Of a stretch of DNA of 64,000 nt, positions 41,817 to 57,042 are shown one piece after another (within the stretch, counting starts at the first letter, position 1; each line of letters opens with the position of its first letter). Made by a program: the position numbers and the translations under genes. The stretch covers positions 1,798,001-1,862,000 of the forward strand of contig NC_134036.1 in assembly GCF_964204645.1 (NCBI RefSeq), read 5' to 3'. This DNA is from Tubulanus polymorphus. Lineage: Eukaryota; Animalia; Nemertea. The notes below the pieces were generated by a model, which was not told where the DNA came from, did not search any database, and saw only the letters and a program-made list of their open reading frames with translations.

Positions 41817-42558
41817 ATTTGGTTTCTATAACCAATCTAACAACTTAAGACCAGTCTCAGCTCATTTTAGTTCTATAGCCAATCTAACAACTTAAGACCA
41901 GTCTAAGCTCATTTAGGTTCTATAACCAATCCAATGCAACTTAAGACCAGACTTAACTCAATTTGGTTCCATAACCAATCGAACAACTTAAGACCAGTCT
42001 ATGTTCTTTCTGGCTCTATAACCAATCTAACAACTTAAGACCAGTCTAAGCTCATTTAGGTTCTATAACCAATCCAATGCAACTTAAGACCAGTCTAAAC
42101 TCAATTTGGTTCCATAACCAATCGAACAACTTAAGACCAGTCTATGTTATTTCTGGCTCTATAACCAATCTAACAACTTAAGACCAGTCTAAGCTCATTT
42201 AGGTTCTATAACCAATCCAATGCAACTTAAGACCAGTCTAAACTCAATTTGGTTCCATAACCAATCGAACAACTTAAGACCAGTCTATGTTCTTTCTGGC
42301 TCTATAACCAATCTAACAACTTAAGACCAGTCTAAGCTCTTTCTGGCTCTATAACCAATCCAATGCAACTTAAGACTAGTCTAAACTCAATTTGGTTCCA
42401 TAACCAATCGAACAACTTAAGACCAGTCTATGTTCTTTCTGGCTCTATAACCAATCTAACAACTTAAAACCAGTCTAAGCTCATTTTAGTTCTATAACTA
42501 GTGTAACAATTTAAGACAAGTCTAAGCTCACTTTGGTTATACAACCAATCTAACAACT
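41817..42558. repeat. 47-bp minisatellite with a 143-bp trimeric higher-order repeat
   Basis: The ccaatgcaac variant recurs at 41931, 42074 and 42217. Confidence 0.95.
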
Positions 42559-42860
42559 CCGGATCATTTTTCGACTTATGACCATTCTATCTAAGCCCAT
42601 GTCAGTCCCCTCCCCCCCCCTACTCGTGTTAGTCTCTAGTTGTCTCACATATCTCCACACATACGCACACACAGTTCCCTATCTGCGCTGATCATATATG
42701 AAAGCTGTATATATTAACGAGTATTTGATTTAATTACGGGTGTGATCTGATCTCTCGCTGCGGGACCGTTAATTCATACGTCACGACATCAGACACGAAA
42801 CAAGATGTGACAGCGACGCTACACAATATCACACAGAGCAATGCGACCCCGATCAGATAC

Positions 42861-43106
42861 TCTCCCTCCCTCTCATTATATCTGATAATGTTTATGGTTG
42901 GCGTTTCAATCCAGTTCCGGGGCCAGTTATCTATGGTTTGGGTCAGTTTTATTGTTTTTTTATCCAGTTCTAGGGCCAGTATTACAGTCACTCTCTCTCA
43001 TTATATCTGATAATGTTTATGGTTGGCGTTTCAATCCAGTTCCGGGGCCAGTTATCTATGGTTTGGGTCAGTTTTATTGTGTTTTATCCAGTTCTAGGGC
43101 CAGTAC
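42861..43106. repeat. 125-bp tandem duplication
   Basis: tctcattatatctgataatg... at 42871 and 42996. Confidence 0.92.
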
Positions 43107-45159
43107 CAGTAGTCTTAGGCTTAGCAACAGGCTTAGCAAGACTAGGGCTACCTTGATTCTCCTAATCGGCCGGGTAATTTTGTAAACAGTAATAGAATTT
43201 GTAATCAGTTCATTTCTATAACTGAAGGTTTTGTTAACTTTAAGGTTATCGAAACATTCATATTTAAGATCTGTCCTTTTTCACGACGAAAAGTGCTCTT
43301 TTTCTTGAACCTTCCTTCAAAAAAGTGTGGCTTAGTTTTGTCGAAAGCTACTTAAAATGCGGCGTAAGAGGCTGAAATGCACCTATAGTTTACAGAATAA
43401 AAACGAATATTAAAAAATGATTTTTGTTTACTAGCGCAGGCGCAGGGCAAAAATATTGGGAAAGCAACGAATACAACAAAAGTGCGTATGAGAATATCCC
43501 GAGGAAAGCGCGGCCTTATTATTATTTATGCCAATACGAAGGTTAACTATTTAGAAAAGCGGCGCTATAGGCTGATTTTGACAAACTCGGGACAGGTGTC
43601 TCTCTATATCGAGAGAACAACTGACACCGTAGAGGAAGCAAGCAGGGAGAGATGAAGGGCAGCTGCCTTAGCAACTCTGAATAGCCTGTTGTATAGACAG
43701 GCTATTCAGCACTGAAGCATAGCCTGGCTATCTTACAATACATTAGCATCATCAGCCTTGTAAAGAGTATATAGTTATTTCCAAAATATCGAGGCAGCCG
43801 ACAAAATTAACCCCAATCAGTCGCTTGCCGGTTCGGACTGGTTGGAAGATTGTTTGAGTGAACCGGATCCGACATTTCCCCAATTATGTACCTCGATTGA
43901 AACAAAAAGTTTTTTAAACTCGACCGCCGATCGCAAAACTATATATCTGTACTTCGATTTCCGAATCGACACCGAATCGGAACAATAATCAAACGAAATC
44001 TACCCGATCAAATCAATCTACATATCAAGATTTAAAAAAAAACGTCACAACCGAAAGAAAGATAACCAACAAACACTTCGTGATCCATGCCACTAATTCA
44101 AGATCAAAACATCAACATTGAAAATAGATTGAAACCTGTTTGATTCATTGAAAGCATAAAATTTACTCCTCATTCGTTCGACGATAAACTAATGGTGACA
44201 ATTATTCTACGAATAGAATTTTATTATTGCGCAATTATTATCATCATCAACGTCGTCGTTCTGTGTCATCGTTCTGTGTGTAACAGATAATATCAACTGT
44301 CATTTTTATTGCCCTGTTTTCTGGTAAAGCGCGTTATAGTGCTTCAGTTAATACAACATCAGAAGCAGCGATTTGAGACCGATTATCAGAGTGATCGTTT
44401 TGTGAGAGGATGTTATGATGTGGGAGGACCTGGTGCTGGGCAAATAGCTGGGGGTTCTTGGAATTATGGAGGGGAGAGGTTAGGGATGAAAGAGGGAGAG
44501 AGGTTATCGATAAGAGAGAGAGAGGGAGAGAGGGGGAGAGAGGGAGAGAGAGGGGGAAAAGCATCAATTTTGGACAACCATCAATTTCATATATTTTGCA
44601 AATAGTTTGTGTCTATTGAAAGTTGTAGCTGACACCACACCCGACAATCTAGAGCCTTAAATATTGCGTCTTGATAAATAGATCTCGTTTGCGATTTCAT
44701 TTTTAATTTGTATAAATCGCATCTTTAGAAAACACGAAATTAATGTCTAACATTTCTAAATGAGTTATACTTGGAGAACGGATGACGGATAGCCGCGCAC
44801 CTGATCTTAGCATTTCGATATTTAATCAACTCTAATCTGATATAGAGAGAAGATACTCGAGGATTGTCAGCGGAATCAAATTGCTGTAACGTGAGCAAAT
44901 TATCTACAACCGATTTCTAATTAGATTCTCATTTGAATATCTTATCGTCTGCCCGAGCGTCGGTCGCGTCATTTCAATTCTCAAATCATGAACTCATCTC
45001 GAACTGATAAGTTGAAATATCCGATAGTGGTTGTTAGACTGGTCTCACGTACCCACAGGGGACTACAGATCCCTCAGCATCAAACTGACTGCGGGTGAAC
45101 CCTGATTACCCTCCAACCATCCTGTATAAATCAGTTTACAAGGAGTCTTTAGCACAGAG

Positions 45160-45375
45160 CTGGATCCAGAGACAAATTAGACCCACACAACTGTGGAACT
45201 GGATCCAGAGTCAATTGAAACCCACACAACAGTGGAACTGTGTTCAGAGTTAAATTAAGCCCGCACAACTGTGGAACTGGGTTCAGAGGTTAATTAACCC
45301 GACACAACTGTGGAACTGGGTCCAGAAACAAATTAAGCCCACACAACTGTGGAACTGGATCCCCAGAACTGTAGA
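45160..45375. repeat. 38-bp minisatellite family, opposite orientation
   Basis: cccacacaactgtggaactggatccag repeats. Confidence 0.9.
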
Positions 45376-45734
45376 AATGATAAGTTCGTCCCCAATTCTC
45401 TATGTGTCGATATCTCCTCAGTTCAAAACACTAAGCACTGAACACAATGTGAAGTGTGGATGTATTAACGATCGAATATCTGATGTGGTGAGGTTTTGTC
45501 CAGACTGTGTCCGACGTATCGAGGCCTGTTTGCATGTGGTACACTTCATGAAGCACATATTGTTTTCGATACTTGAAAAACTCTGGTTGAAAAGTGAAGT
45601 GTTTTAACGATATTTTACTGTTTACGATTTTCTGCCAGACGCGTGGCGTGCGACAGCGGGCTGTTTTAAATATCGTATGTCTCGTCGAAAACCGATACGA
45701 CGAGAGTGACGGGTATATCACATAGGAAAATGAT

Positions 45735-47213
45735 GTTCAAACACCAGACATTAAACATTTCATCAGCTCGCTTTCAAAAACTGATCGTCCACACTTCACA
45801 TGTGTTCAGTGCTTCACCTGAGACATTTTTAATTGAAAATGAACTACAAACACCGGATATTAGACATTTTATCAGCACATTTTCAAAAACTGATCGTCCA
45901 CACTTCACATGTGTTCAGTGCTTCACCTGAGACATTTCTAATTGAAAATGAACTACAAACACCAGATATTAGACATTTTATCAGCGCAACTTTCAAAAAC
46001 TGATCGCCCACACTTCACATGTGTTCAATGCTTCACCTGAGACATTTCTAATTGAAAATGAACTACAAACACCAGATATTAGACATTTTATCAGCGCAAC
46101 TTTCAAAAACTGATCGCCCACACTTCACATGTGTTCAATGCTTCACCTGAGACATTTCTAATTGAAAATGAACTACAAACACCAGATATTAGACATTTTA
46201 TCAGCACACTTTCAAAAGCTGATCGTCCACACTTCACATGTGTTCAGTGCTTCATCTGAGACATTTCTAATTGAAAATGAACTACAAACACCAGACATTA
46301 GACATTTTATCAGCACACTTTCAAAAACTGATCGTCCACACTTCACATGTGTTCAATGCTTCACCTGAGACATTTCTAATTGAAAATGAACTACAAACTC
46401 CAGATATTAGACATTTTATCAGCACACTTTCAAAAACTGATCGTCCACACTTCACATGTGTTCAGTGCTTCATCTGAGACATTTCTAATTGAAAATGAAC
46501 TACTAACACCGGACATTAGATATTTTATCAGAGCACTTTCTAAAACTGATCGTCCACACTTCACATGTATTCAGTGCTTCACCTGAGACATTTCTGATTG
46601 AAAATGAACTACAAACACCGGACATTAGATATTTTATCAGAGCACTTTCTAAAACTGATCGTCCACACTTCACATGTGTTCAGTGCTTCATCTGAGACAT
46701 TTCTAATTGAAAATGAACTACAAACACCAGACATTAGACATTTTATCAGCACACTTTCAAGAACTGATCGTCCACACTTCACATGTGTTCAGTGCTTCAT
46801 CTGAGACATTTCTAATTGAAAATGAACTACAAACACCAGATATTAGACATTTTATCAGCACACTTTCAAGAACTGATCGTCCACACTTCACATGTGTTCA
46901 GTGCTTCATCTGAGACATTTCTAATTGAAAATGAACTACAAACACCAGACATTAGACATTTTATCAGCACACTTTCAAGAACTGATCGTCCACACTTCAC
47001 ATGTGTTCAGTGCTTCATCTGAGACATTTCTAATTGAAAATGAACTACAAACACCAGATATTAGACATTTTATCAGCACACTTTCAAAAACTGATCGTCC
47101 ATACTTCACATGTGCCCAGTGCTTCATCTGAGACATTTCTAATTGAAAATGAACTACAAACACCAGACATTAGATATTTCATCAGTACACTTTCAAGAAC
47201 TGATCGTCCACAC
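45735..47213 (+). repeat. 109-bp minisatellite array (about 13.5 units)
   Basis: Same unit at high identity. Confidence 0.97.
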
Positions 47214-48573
47214 GGTGAATATTTGTACGTGTGGTTCCATCTACGTGAGACGATCATGATTGAAATTTTAGAAGCGAAACTTTAGACACATTACGGCCCC
47301 GTGTCAAACGGAGAATATGAATCAAATCGACACATTGCCTATAAGTTTGTGTAAGAGACCTACACACTGTGTATCTAACAATGAGTCTACTATATAAACA
47401 CTGCACACAACTAGAAATTAGGTTTCGATTCGTTTTTTGCTATTAGGACAACTGTCAACTTTTTTTATGTATACTGCTGAAGTACGTGTATATTCTTTCT
47501 TCGAGCGCTAAGATTGTGGCTCAGCGCAGGTCACATACGTGCACCGTGTGGTGTTGTAAAAGAGTTCATCAAGATGGCAGGAAATAGACCGGAAAAATCC
47601 GTATAGAGGGTTTGGAAACGGTTAGCGGTAAAAAATCCCCTTGGTAAAAAAATCCCTTTGGAAACAGTATTCGCTCGGCGCACCAGTGTTGTTTTATTCG
47701 GTCGTCAAAACGTCTTCACGCTCTCGATTTTACGATTTTACATCATAATAAATGATAAACAACAGCCTTAGAAAAAAAAAACATTTGAATTTTCAACATT
47801 TTCTGACATGAAAATAGTTGCATTAAGTTGTCGATCTTTCATTAAAAAACAATAATATCCGAATAGGAAATGAGTTTTCGTGCGTTAGATGTCTCCATAA
47901 ACATCTATCCCTCTCTCACTCCCCCTCCCCATCTTTCAGCCTTCCATTTAACCCTAGATACTTATAATTTAGCCGTCAATTCATCCGAATAAAACCAATT
48001 TATCTAAATATCGCCAAATATCACTGACTTGTCTTGGAACTAGCTCATAAAGAATATTGTATGGGTGAATAGTTTCTTTTCATAGATATAACATCATTTT
48101 TCTTTTCCCAGTTTCATCTTTTAATTGATGCTCCTTTTTCATCTTAAAATCTTGTACTCGTGATTCATGCTGAATAAAATCAGTTAGAATTTTTACCCCC
48201 ATTTTCCCTAATAGAATATCAGCTTTATTCTGGCAGTAACGCGTCTGCGTCTGGTAGCAGAAATCTCGCACGTTCTCGCGTGTTCACGTAAACTTAATGG
48301 AAGTTGATGATCCCGTGTAAACGGCGTTTGTCGTCGTCAATGACAACGGGAATTATATTTAATAGGTCTTTTAAATCACAGACTAAAAACGAATAACAAG
48401 CGAACAGCGCAGACGACTAGAGGCGGTTAGCGTACTAAAACCTCCATAACTGACAAGCTAGCAGAATCTACGATACCATTTTGAAAATTTTGAAATGCGT
48501 TTTATGACTTTTTAGAACGTAAAACTGAAAGGGTTTTTTTTACCAAAAACACTGACTCTGCAAATCTCGCTAT

Positions 48574-48723
<150 letters not shown>

Positions 48724-49768
48724 CTATGCTCTTATTTTGATTTGTGAATTCTGAGTTAACATCAGGGAAAGGGCTATTAAATCTGCTCTGCAAACTAGGG
48801 GATGGAAAGCTTATTGTGTACAGATCGATTTAAGACAGTAATTTGACCATTCTAAAACTACTTTGTAAATTCTATTGCAGCTGCTTCGCAAAAAAATTGA
48901 CTTTTTTGAACTAAACAAATTCAATAGTTTAGCATCACAAGCACCAGCACCAGCTGCAATACTCTCATTTGTGTTAAATTCTAGTTTATCAGTTCTTCTC
49001 ACTCTAGCTATCACAGATTGCGGCGACAATGTAGCTGAATGTGACCATTAGTACATCGATCGACTAGCAATGTCAACATTCTTCATTGGTCCACAACTCG
49101 AGTGTGTTTTTCCTCTCCACGACCACAAAAACTCTAAACCTCGATAACTTAATGTGTCAAAGGTGTAGGTTTGATAAACGCCGCGCACTTTAGCAGTTGT
49201 TATTGTGGAGTGTACCATGGAACTCGAGTCTGAAGTGTATGCGACACATAAACTCAGAAACTCTCTCTCATCATCAACAACAAGAGACCAGCGCATAGAG
49301 GCTGTAAGTAATCTGAGCCGAGGCACCGCGGCTGCGCAGTCGGAAAAGTCGATGTTTTACGTATCCGTTTTCACCGGTTTGCTCTTGATAAAGAAAGTAA
49401 AATTGATTCGTAATCTGTGACGTTTCATTTTTTTGATATCATCGGCGCAGGCTGAACATGGCAAAAACTAACATATTAGGCAGATATAAGGATTTTGCCG
49501 ATTGCGTAGAATAATTCGACAAATATTTGATGAACGTCTCATATTTTAGTTATATTCAGTATTAGGTTACAGTTGAAATATCGAATCGACAAATCATCAG
49601 CTTTAAAAGGAAATTTTTCGGACTTCACACCTTTGTCTAGCTATTCGATGAAATTTATAAAAATGTAACCACAACGTTTTATTGTTACTGACAAATAGCT
49701 TCTGGTAAAACATTGTGGTTTCATTCTAAAAAAATCTATCGTAAAATATCATAAAATTCTGTTGCAGC

Positions 49769-49810
49769 ACTCCTGATGATAGTTAATTATCTTCAGCCGA
49801 AACGTTGCCC
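49769..49810 (+). ncRNA. Heavily decayed minimal hammerhead motif
   Basis: CTGATGA-T-agttaa-ttatc-ttcagcc-GAAACGTTG; same CAGCCGAAACGTTG tail as the copy at 36.8 kb, stems eroded. Confidence 0.4.
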
Positions 49811-52800
49811 AAAATCTGTTACTCAGAAACCACTGCAATAGTTCTCTAGAACCACAAACACCTTCACCACAAACCTTAGTTTCTGGTGTACCAAAGTTGG
49901 TTACACTAGGATCGTAGAGCGACGGAGATCTGCCAGGACTAGGTGAATCTACCCCGAGACTCAATCATCAGGTGTACCCATGAACCTATGAACCTTTAAT
50001 CTGGATGCTGACAGAAACCCTACGTCGAGTTGACCTTGAAGTAACCGGACTGGATTTATACCCCAATGAAAGACTAGGTTATTGCACACGGATGTTGTTT
50101 ATTTGTGTACACACCTATATAGGCATATATAAAGACCATTTCCTGGTTCCGCAGTTAGAATTCAGGTCAAGATACTCGCATGTACAAAAACACAGTCTGA
50201 GTCAACCACTGCCTTTGTCGGGCGTAATGTTTACACACGGTCTCCCCGCTGAGCTATAGTAGTACAAAAAGTAGGTCTACAACTTCCTCCACTTGCGATA
50301 CAGCTACCGAGATGTCCTATATGAGTAACATACACGAAACCACCGCCGTATCCCATATCTGTTATAAGGATGGGAAGGTGCCTGACTGATTGGTAAAAGT
50401 TTCAGACATTTACGCAGTTTGGTTTCCATTGACAAAGAAAGCGACTGTCTGGGAAGATAATTGCTTAGATAGCATTGAGTCAAAACGTCACTACTTGCAT
50501 ATAGTCTGTCATCATAATCGTGGATTTCCTCTTCAATGATACCATTCATAAAATGTAAAAAGTCTACATAGTTTGTCTTCGAGATTGTGGGTTTATCTTC
50601 AATTGTAGCTTTCATAAAATATAAAAACTCATTTTCAATTGATTTAACCCCCGGGTTGAAGGTAATACCAGTCTATAAAACCGGGCCCTGGCATTTTACG
50701 AGCCGGGCAAAAATTAAATTTTCAAGAACCAAGAACAGTAACAGATCATAGAACGTAACGTCACTGTCCTTGGTAAGATAAAACAAAGCCAAGGACATAA
50801 AGGTATTTACCAGGGTCTGCTGGCAATCTGAGTGCGACCTATCATTTCGGTGAAACAAGAGGAAGATAAGGGCAAACAATTAACACAGGGTTCTGTCCCT
50901 GGCAATCGAGGAGGACAGTCGCGTGTATGATGATACATCAGAACAAAAGGCCAGGTATGCGCGTGCGCTTCACGCTAATGTACAAAACTGGTTCGTCTAT
51001 TATTCAATAAAATTATCGATATTTCGCATCCTTCCTGCTGCTGCTGATGCTGCTGATGCTGCTGATGGGGTGCATCAATACTTTAAATCACCAACGCTTC
51101 AACTCAGGTGCGCTGATGATGATGCTGGGTATGCTTGCATCAAATGACGATTTAGAGTCTTGTGAAAATATATGGCGTATGAAATATATTCGATGACATC
51201 GTCAATTTTGTGGATAGAAGTCGGTGCCAGGGACGGATTCACGGAGGGGGGCTTCTAAGACTTGGGACAAATCCAACAAATCTTTATGAGTGCCTTTTCC
51301 AGTTAGTCAACAAAGATAATTGGTGAATTTCAGTGCAGGAGTGCACATTGCCTTTCTGGGCATCACAGTGCCCTTATGGGAGGTGACAAGTTCAGGTCAT
51401 GTTACAAGTGACATTATTTGTTACCACATTACAGCTAGGGGTATATTGTTTGTTTAGCCCTCAGTCAGAATGCCGCCTGTTCGAAGTGCCCCATTGGGAT
51501 GTGACTACTTCAAAACTGGCCTGTAGGTCCGTTCCTGGGTACAAGCTGGGTGCAACTCCCTGGCGACTGAAGCAGTACACCGACAGTCGACCTGCAGCGA
51601 ACAGAGGGCGAGCAGGAAATGAGAAAATGATGTTATCGAAAAAAGAAAATCAGCTTTTCGAAATGATCAAAGCCGTTGTCGTCATGATTACGAGAGCGGT
51701 GACTTATGTCTCATGTCGATTGGAGACATCTCAGAAAAGAAAACATAAGCCATAAAAAAGGAACATCACATCAAGTCCGTGTAACTGTTGTTATTCATAA
51801 TTTGGATTTTACTGTAAAATTCTAAGATATCCGGACAGTCCCCCTATCGTCCGAGTTCTATTGCAATTACAACAAGCCTTCCCCCCTTGCGTACAGGTAT
51901 TTATAAAAGCTTTGCTTAACCGAAAATCACTGTAAATCTTATCGTAAAATATCTTGATACGACCACAACAGAGCTCTCGCCCACCTATCAACAGAGACCT
52001 AAGAATCTATTTCGATTTTCAGATACTTTCTAATCATCTCATTGTCTTCAGGTTCCCGTCATCAGCAACATCAACATCTTCGTTGCTATAGTTATCACTC
52101 GTATTATTACGTCGACGTAACATTTTCGCGCACCTCACGCGCACCTTGTACGTATATTATCAACTGACTTTTTAGGCTAATTAACGAAAATCGATTGAGC
52201 TCAAAACCCGGATCGATACCGATCTCAAAGACCCCGTACCACATATAATGGGTATATAGAAAAATCAGCTTCAGACTGGGTTTCTCTCATTCATGCGCTA
52301 GCTTTCATCTCGGCTATCCGTATGGATGCTGGATACAGCCAACCAGTCCATCTATTGTACAACATGCCTACAGCTGTAATGAACTACATAATACAGCCGA
52401 TATTGATGTCCGATATCGGGGACAATACGGAATTGAATGCACACCTTAATATCGGAAATAGACACATAAGGCACACACGCGCATAAATGTATCTTTGGAA
52501 TACTTAGCGTCATCCATCTTCGAGGCCTCTTCGCATTGACGAGACAATAATGTACTACACGAGTCTGGTTCTAAGTGAGATAACTTTGGATCAGCTTCAA
52601 ATTCCTTTAACGTATGATGCTTAATTTTCCAAGATTTCTAGATTTAGACTGTAATCGATTCGTCCAATTTCTCCGGGAGAACTCGACAAGAAGCCGATGG
52701 TTCGCCAAGATTTAGTGTGCTCACAAGGAACCAACTTTGGCTTCACAAGAAACATTCTGGTTTTCAAAGAAGAATTTTAGCTTCGCAAGAATCAGTTTCG

Positions 52801-53739
52801 TTTCGCAAGAAGCATTTTGGTTTCGGGCGAATCAATTGTGGCTTCGCATAAATCAGAAGATGCATCTTTGCTTCCCTATGAAGACTTTGGACTCGTCGAA
52901 AAAAATGTTCAACGTTTGAATCGACTGATTTTAGTTGTCTTCGATTCTGAGCAAAGTATTAAACGGCCCTGAGGACGGTATCCCGAGTCTACACTAACAT
53001 AGCCTGTTTTCCGATGTTACTGCCGCGGCGGCAATAAACGCGCCGATATTACCGAGTCCTCGCCGCCGCCGCTACCGCTGCCCCGGGGCTACGTCTCCGT
53101 GGCTACACGTATTAAATCGTCTGCGCCGTCGCCAACAGAGCGAACCGTTAAGGAAGTTAATATGTGAACGTTTTGAATATAACCGTAGCGTTTATTGGAA
53201 GATTGACGACGATATAAGCTACTTATAATAACATCACAACAGAGTGTGTGTAAGGGCTCCTCATACGACATGGACTGTACGGAGCATCTCTCTGCCTTAG
53301 GGAGGAACTACAGACAAAAACATTAGTAATTAAAAATACCAATATCTTAACTACAAAGTACTGGGTATATACGAGAAAGATATATGGAATGCATATAAGA
53401 TGCACGTAAAGAAAGTGTACATGACAGTGGAACATAAATTAAAAGTAAATATATATGAAAAGAAATTAGAAGCGAAAGATAAGAGATGACCAGGTGTGCA
53501 GGGTTTTTGTCAGTGTGTTTGGGGAGTTCTGCTATACATGTTTCTTGTAGTATTTTTGGCGTTCTGTAGTGAGAGAGAGAGAGAGGCCGGGTATGCTGTT
53601 AAAAAGAATGTGTCAGCCCTATGTTCCCAGGTGTGACTGTTGGGTTCGTAAGGGACATTTTAAGATAACTATGTATTATCGCTAGGACACTTGCGTCACA
53701 GATACTGTTGTGAGACGGGGCAGGCCAGAGAGGCACTAA

Positions 53740-54809
53740 CCAGTTAAACTACGACACTGAAACAGATTTTGGGCTGCCATAAGAGATGGTGATGCTAAAA
53801 GACGTTTTTAAGTATGTGTGGCATGTTGAGTATGATATGGTTGTGTGAAGGAGTAGACTGTCGTCTGGTACACGGCACAGTAAGATGATAAACTACGACA
53901 CCACGAAAGATTTTCGGCTGCCATAAGAACTAAAGCTACAGGACATGTATGCCGAGTACGATGCGGTTGTGGTAAGGCACAATAGGTACAATAAGAACTA
54001 AAAAGAAAGGCGCTGCTGAAGCATACGACACCATGACAGATTCTTTTGGAGGGGTGGGTTGGCTGTCCTAAGAAGTGATGATGCCAAAACACCGATACTG
54101 AGTATGATATGGTTGTGGGATGGTACAATTAATACAATACGAAGAAAGTAATACTGGAGCATAGGGCATCATCACAGATTTTAGGGGGGGGGTTGTCCTA
54201 AGAAGTGATGATGCCATAATACCCATATGGTTATGGGATGACACAATTAATACAATAAAAAGAAAGTAATACTGGAGCATATAGGGCATCATCACAGATT
54301 TTAGGAGGGGGGTTGTCCTAAGAAGTGATGATGCCATAATACCCATATGGTTATGGGATGGCACAATTAATACAATAAGAAGAAAGTAATACTGGAGCAT
54401 AGGGCATCATCACAGATTTTAGGGGGGAGGGGTGTCCTAAGAAGTGATGATGCCATAATACCCATATGGTTATGGGATGGCACAATTAATACAATAAGAA
54501 GAAAGTAATACTGGAGCATATAGGGCATCATCACAGATTTTAGGAGGGGGGTTGTCCTAAGAAGTGATGATGCCATAATACCCATATGGTTATGGGATGG
54601 CACAATTAATACAATAAGAAGAAAGTAATACTGGAGCATATAGGGCATCATCACAGATTTTAGGAGGGGGGTTGTCCTAAGAAGTGATGATGCCATAATA
54701 CCCATATGGTTATGGGATGGCACAATTAATACAATAAAAAGAAAGTAATACTGGAGCATATAGGGCATCATCACAGATTTTAGGAGGGGGGTTGTCCTAA
54801 GAAGTGATT
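53740..54809. repeat. 120-bp minisatellite: homogeneous right part, diverged left part
   Basis: cagattttagg recurs every ~120 bp from 54175 to 54774; diverged relatives at 53740-54110. Confidence 0.92.
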
Positions 54810-55620
54810 ATACTACAAGACGTTAAAGCGTGTGAGTGTGACGCATGCTGAGTATGATATTTATATCTGTTCCTACCTCCTCTTCAATAACTTGATTATT
54901 TACAGAATCCATTGATTGTCCCAGCGGAATGGTCACTCCACCCGATTGTTGCATCGGATCCGTCGTTCCGACTACGACTGGATTAGCCATGTTATATCTA
55001 ATCTTAGGTATATATATATATATATAAATATAAACTGAGATTAAATTTCGATGCGAGACGTTGTTTTAATTAATCCTAGATTAATTATGAGTTTTTGAGA
55101 TCGAGAATTTGTTTTTGTGTACGTTGAGATTCGGTTCAAGATATTTATCCTTTTTAATTGCGCAGATGAATAGGCTGCTTTTTCCAAGATCGCGATTTTC
55201 ACGTTGATTTTCTTTTTCCTTTTCGTTTTGATGCACACAAAAATTCCTCTCTATTTTTTTAACGGTATGATAATATTACTAATTCAATTATTATTCCCTT
55301 GGCAACAAGTGTCAACAACGCGCTGCTATCTTCGCCGATAAAAATTGAAATTTCACAAACCGCACTTAAAATATTCTTCTTGCTTCGAGTCGCTGCGATT
55401 AATACTCCTGAACACAAAATCCGCGCGGGAATCAAAGAGTCGCTAAAAAATCGAACGAACTAATAATCGAAAATAATAGAACGGCAACTAAATAAGTGCA
55501 TCTGCTGTTCATCCGCCGTAAACCGTGATTCAAGAATCGTCTGCTTGTGATCGAGAACCATTGATGAATTAACTAAACAGTGTTCCTTCCTTGCTCTCCG
55601 TTTTTGCCCTCACAGTGCTG

Positions 55621-55651
<31 letters not shown>

Positions 55652-55839
55652 TGTATATAATGAAAAGGTGTAGTAGTGTATCCCGGAATGGACTTCAACT
55701 GGTGAAGTCTAGTGTCTAACTGAAATATGACAAACACTACCAGAACTACACGCCAGACTCAGCTATCGCGTGCATTAGCGTGTTGTTGTGTTGTGAGTGC
55801 TTACGCGGGCGGTATCCCCTCCTCTCGTCTGTCAATCAA

Positions 55840-56062
55840 ACTATCGCCCGGTTGTAGCTAGCAAGCGCGCGCGCTCTCTGCAGGTACGGAGGTAGGTATT
55901 ACGGGTATATGGAAAACCCGAACGCGCAGCAGCCGTCGCTGACACGACGATACCGACGACGCCGTAGCCGCCATATTGCTCGCTAGCTCGCGTTTCCGGA
56001 GCAGGTGCGATTAGTATACAGATCAGGCGGTAGAAGGCGCCACTGTACAGCGTGGCGCGCAG
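55840..56062. promoter_or_regulatory. CpG-rich island-like segment with a YY1/Pho-like GCCGCCATATTG motif
   Basis: Local GC/CpG enrichment in an AT-rich background. Confidence 0.35.
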
Positions 56063-56444
56063 AAGAAAATTTTGCGAACGCAAATTGTTCTTGAATTGCA
56101 CTGATTTTCCGTGAAGAATAATCTCAAATCTTTACAAAAATCTACGAAAAAAGACCAGATCCTACCAGGCCACAAAATTTTAGCAGCATGGTTGAAAATT
56201 CTCGCTACACTATAGAAGGCTTCGCCCACTTCAAATTCGATTGATACCCAGGCCTACTGTCCTGTCAGGAAGTGCCTCCGATTGGACAAAATCTTAAGAT
56301 GATTTCCATAGACTGTCTATTATTCATTTCATGAAATACTTCCAAATTCGAAAAGAAACTGGGAGAATGTTTACTATTTCTATAGTTTTGAAAATGGCTC
56401 TTTAGATTTGAGTCGAACTATTCTGTTGAGTGATTTCTACATAA

Positions 56445-56662
56445 GCCTAAAAAGTTGATACCTTGTTTCTCATTTCTGAGCTGTTGACCCAACCGGCCGC
56501 CTATCTACCCTGTACATTACTTTTCTTAAAATCATGATCAAACTAACAATAACAGACCCGACAGTTATAGAAATGAACTGATGAATCTAACAAACACGTT
56601 TTATTGCAGTTTATAAAAATGACCCCCGGCCGATTAGGAGACACAAGGTGTCATTTTTAGCC
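56445..56662. mobile_element. Second copy of the 220-bp MITE (third, decayed copy at about 24663-24853)
   Basis: Shared TIR and internal ccggccgcctatctaccctgtacattac; TAA flanks. Confidence 0.8.
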
Positions 56663-57042
56663 TAATTGTGGGTTTTTCCATCGCAAGTGTCACCTGGTGA
56701 GTGTAGATATTTCACTAGAAGTTCTAGGCAAGAATAAAGCCAAACTATCGTAGTTACAAAAAAAAGTTCTTCAATCGATCTCTCTTCAGTTTATCTTGTT
56801 TTTGCTCGTGTTCGAGTGGGTTCAAGTGTTTACTACTTGACTTTCTCCTCAAGTGTTTCTCTTCACTCTTTCGTCAACTCCTTTAATTCATTTCCTTTAT
56901 TTACAATCAACTTTATTACGGGTCAGCCTTAATTAATCATCAAAATATAGAAAAACCGTGAACATTCTTAGAAATATAACATAAAATCCCAGGGCTATTC
57001 AAATTAAGTATCCCTTGCAGGTTAACTTTAAGTCGACTGGCA

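Noticed and set aside
46160-46270. Hammerhead within the 109-bp monomer (CTGATAA...GAAATGTC on the minus strand)
   Set aside because: Core G8 is absent in most copies, there is no stem II adjacent to the core, and no stem I.
45706-47285. Repeated 68-aa ORFs (MKMNYKHQ...)
   Set aside because: Artefact of a 109-bp unit (not a multiple of 3) with non-ATG starts; not a gene family.
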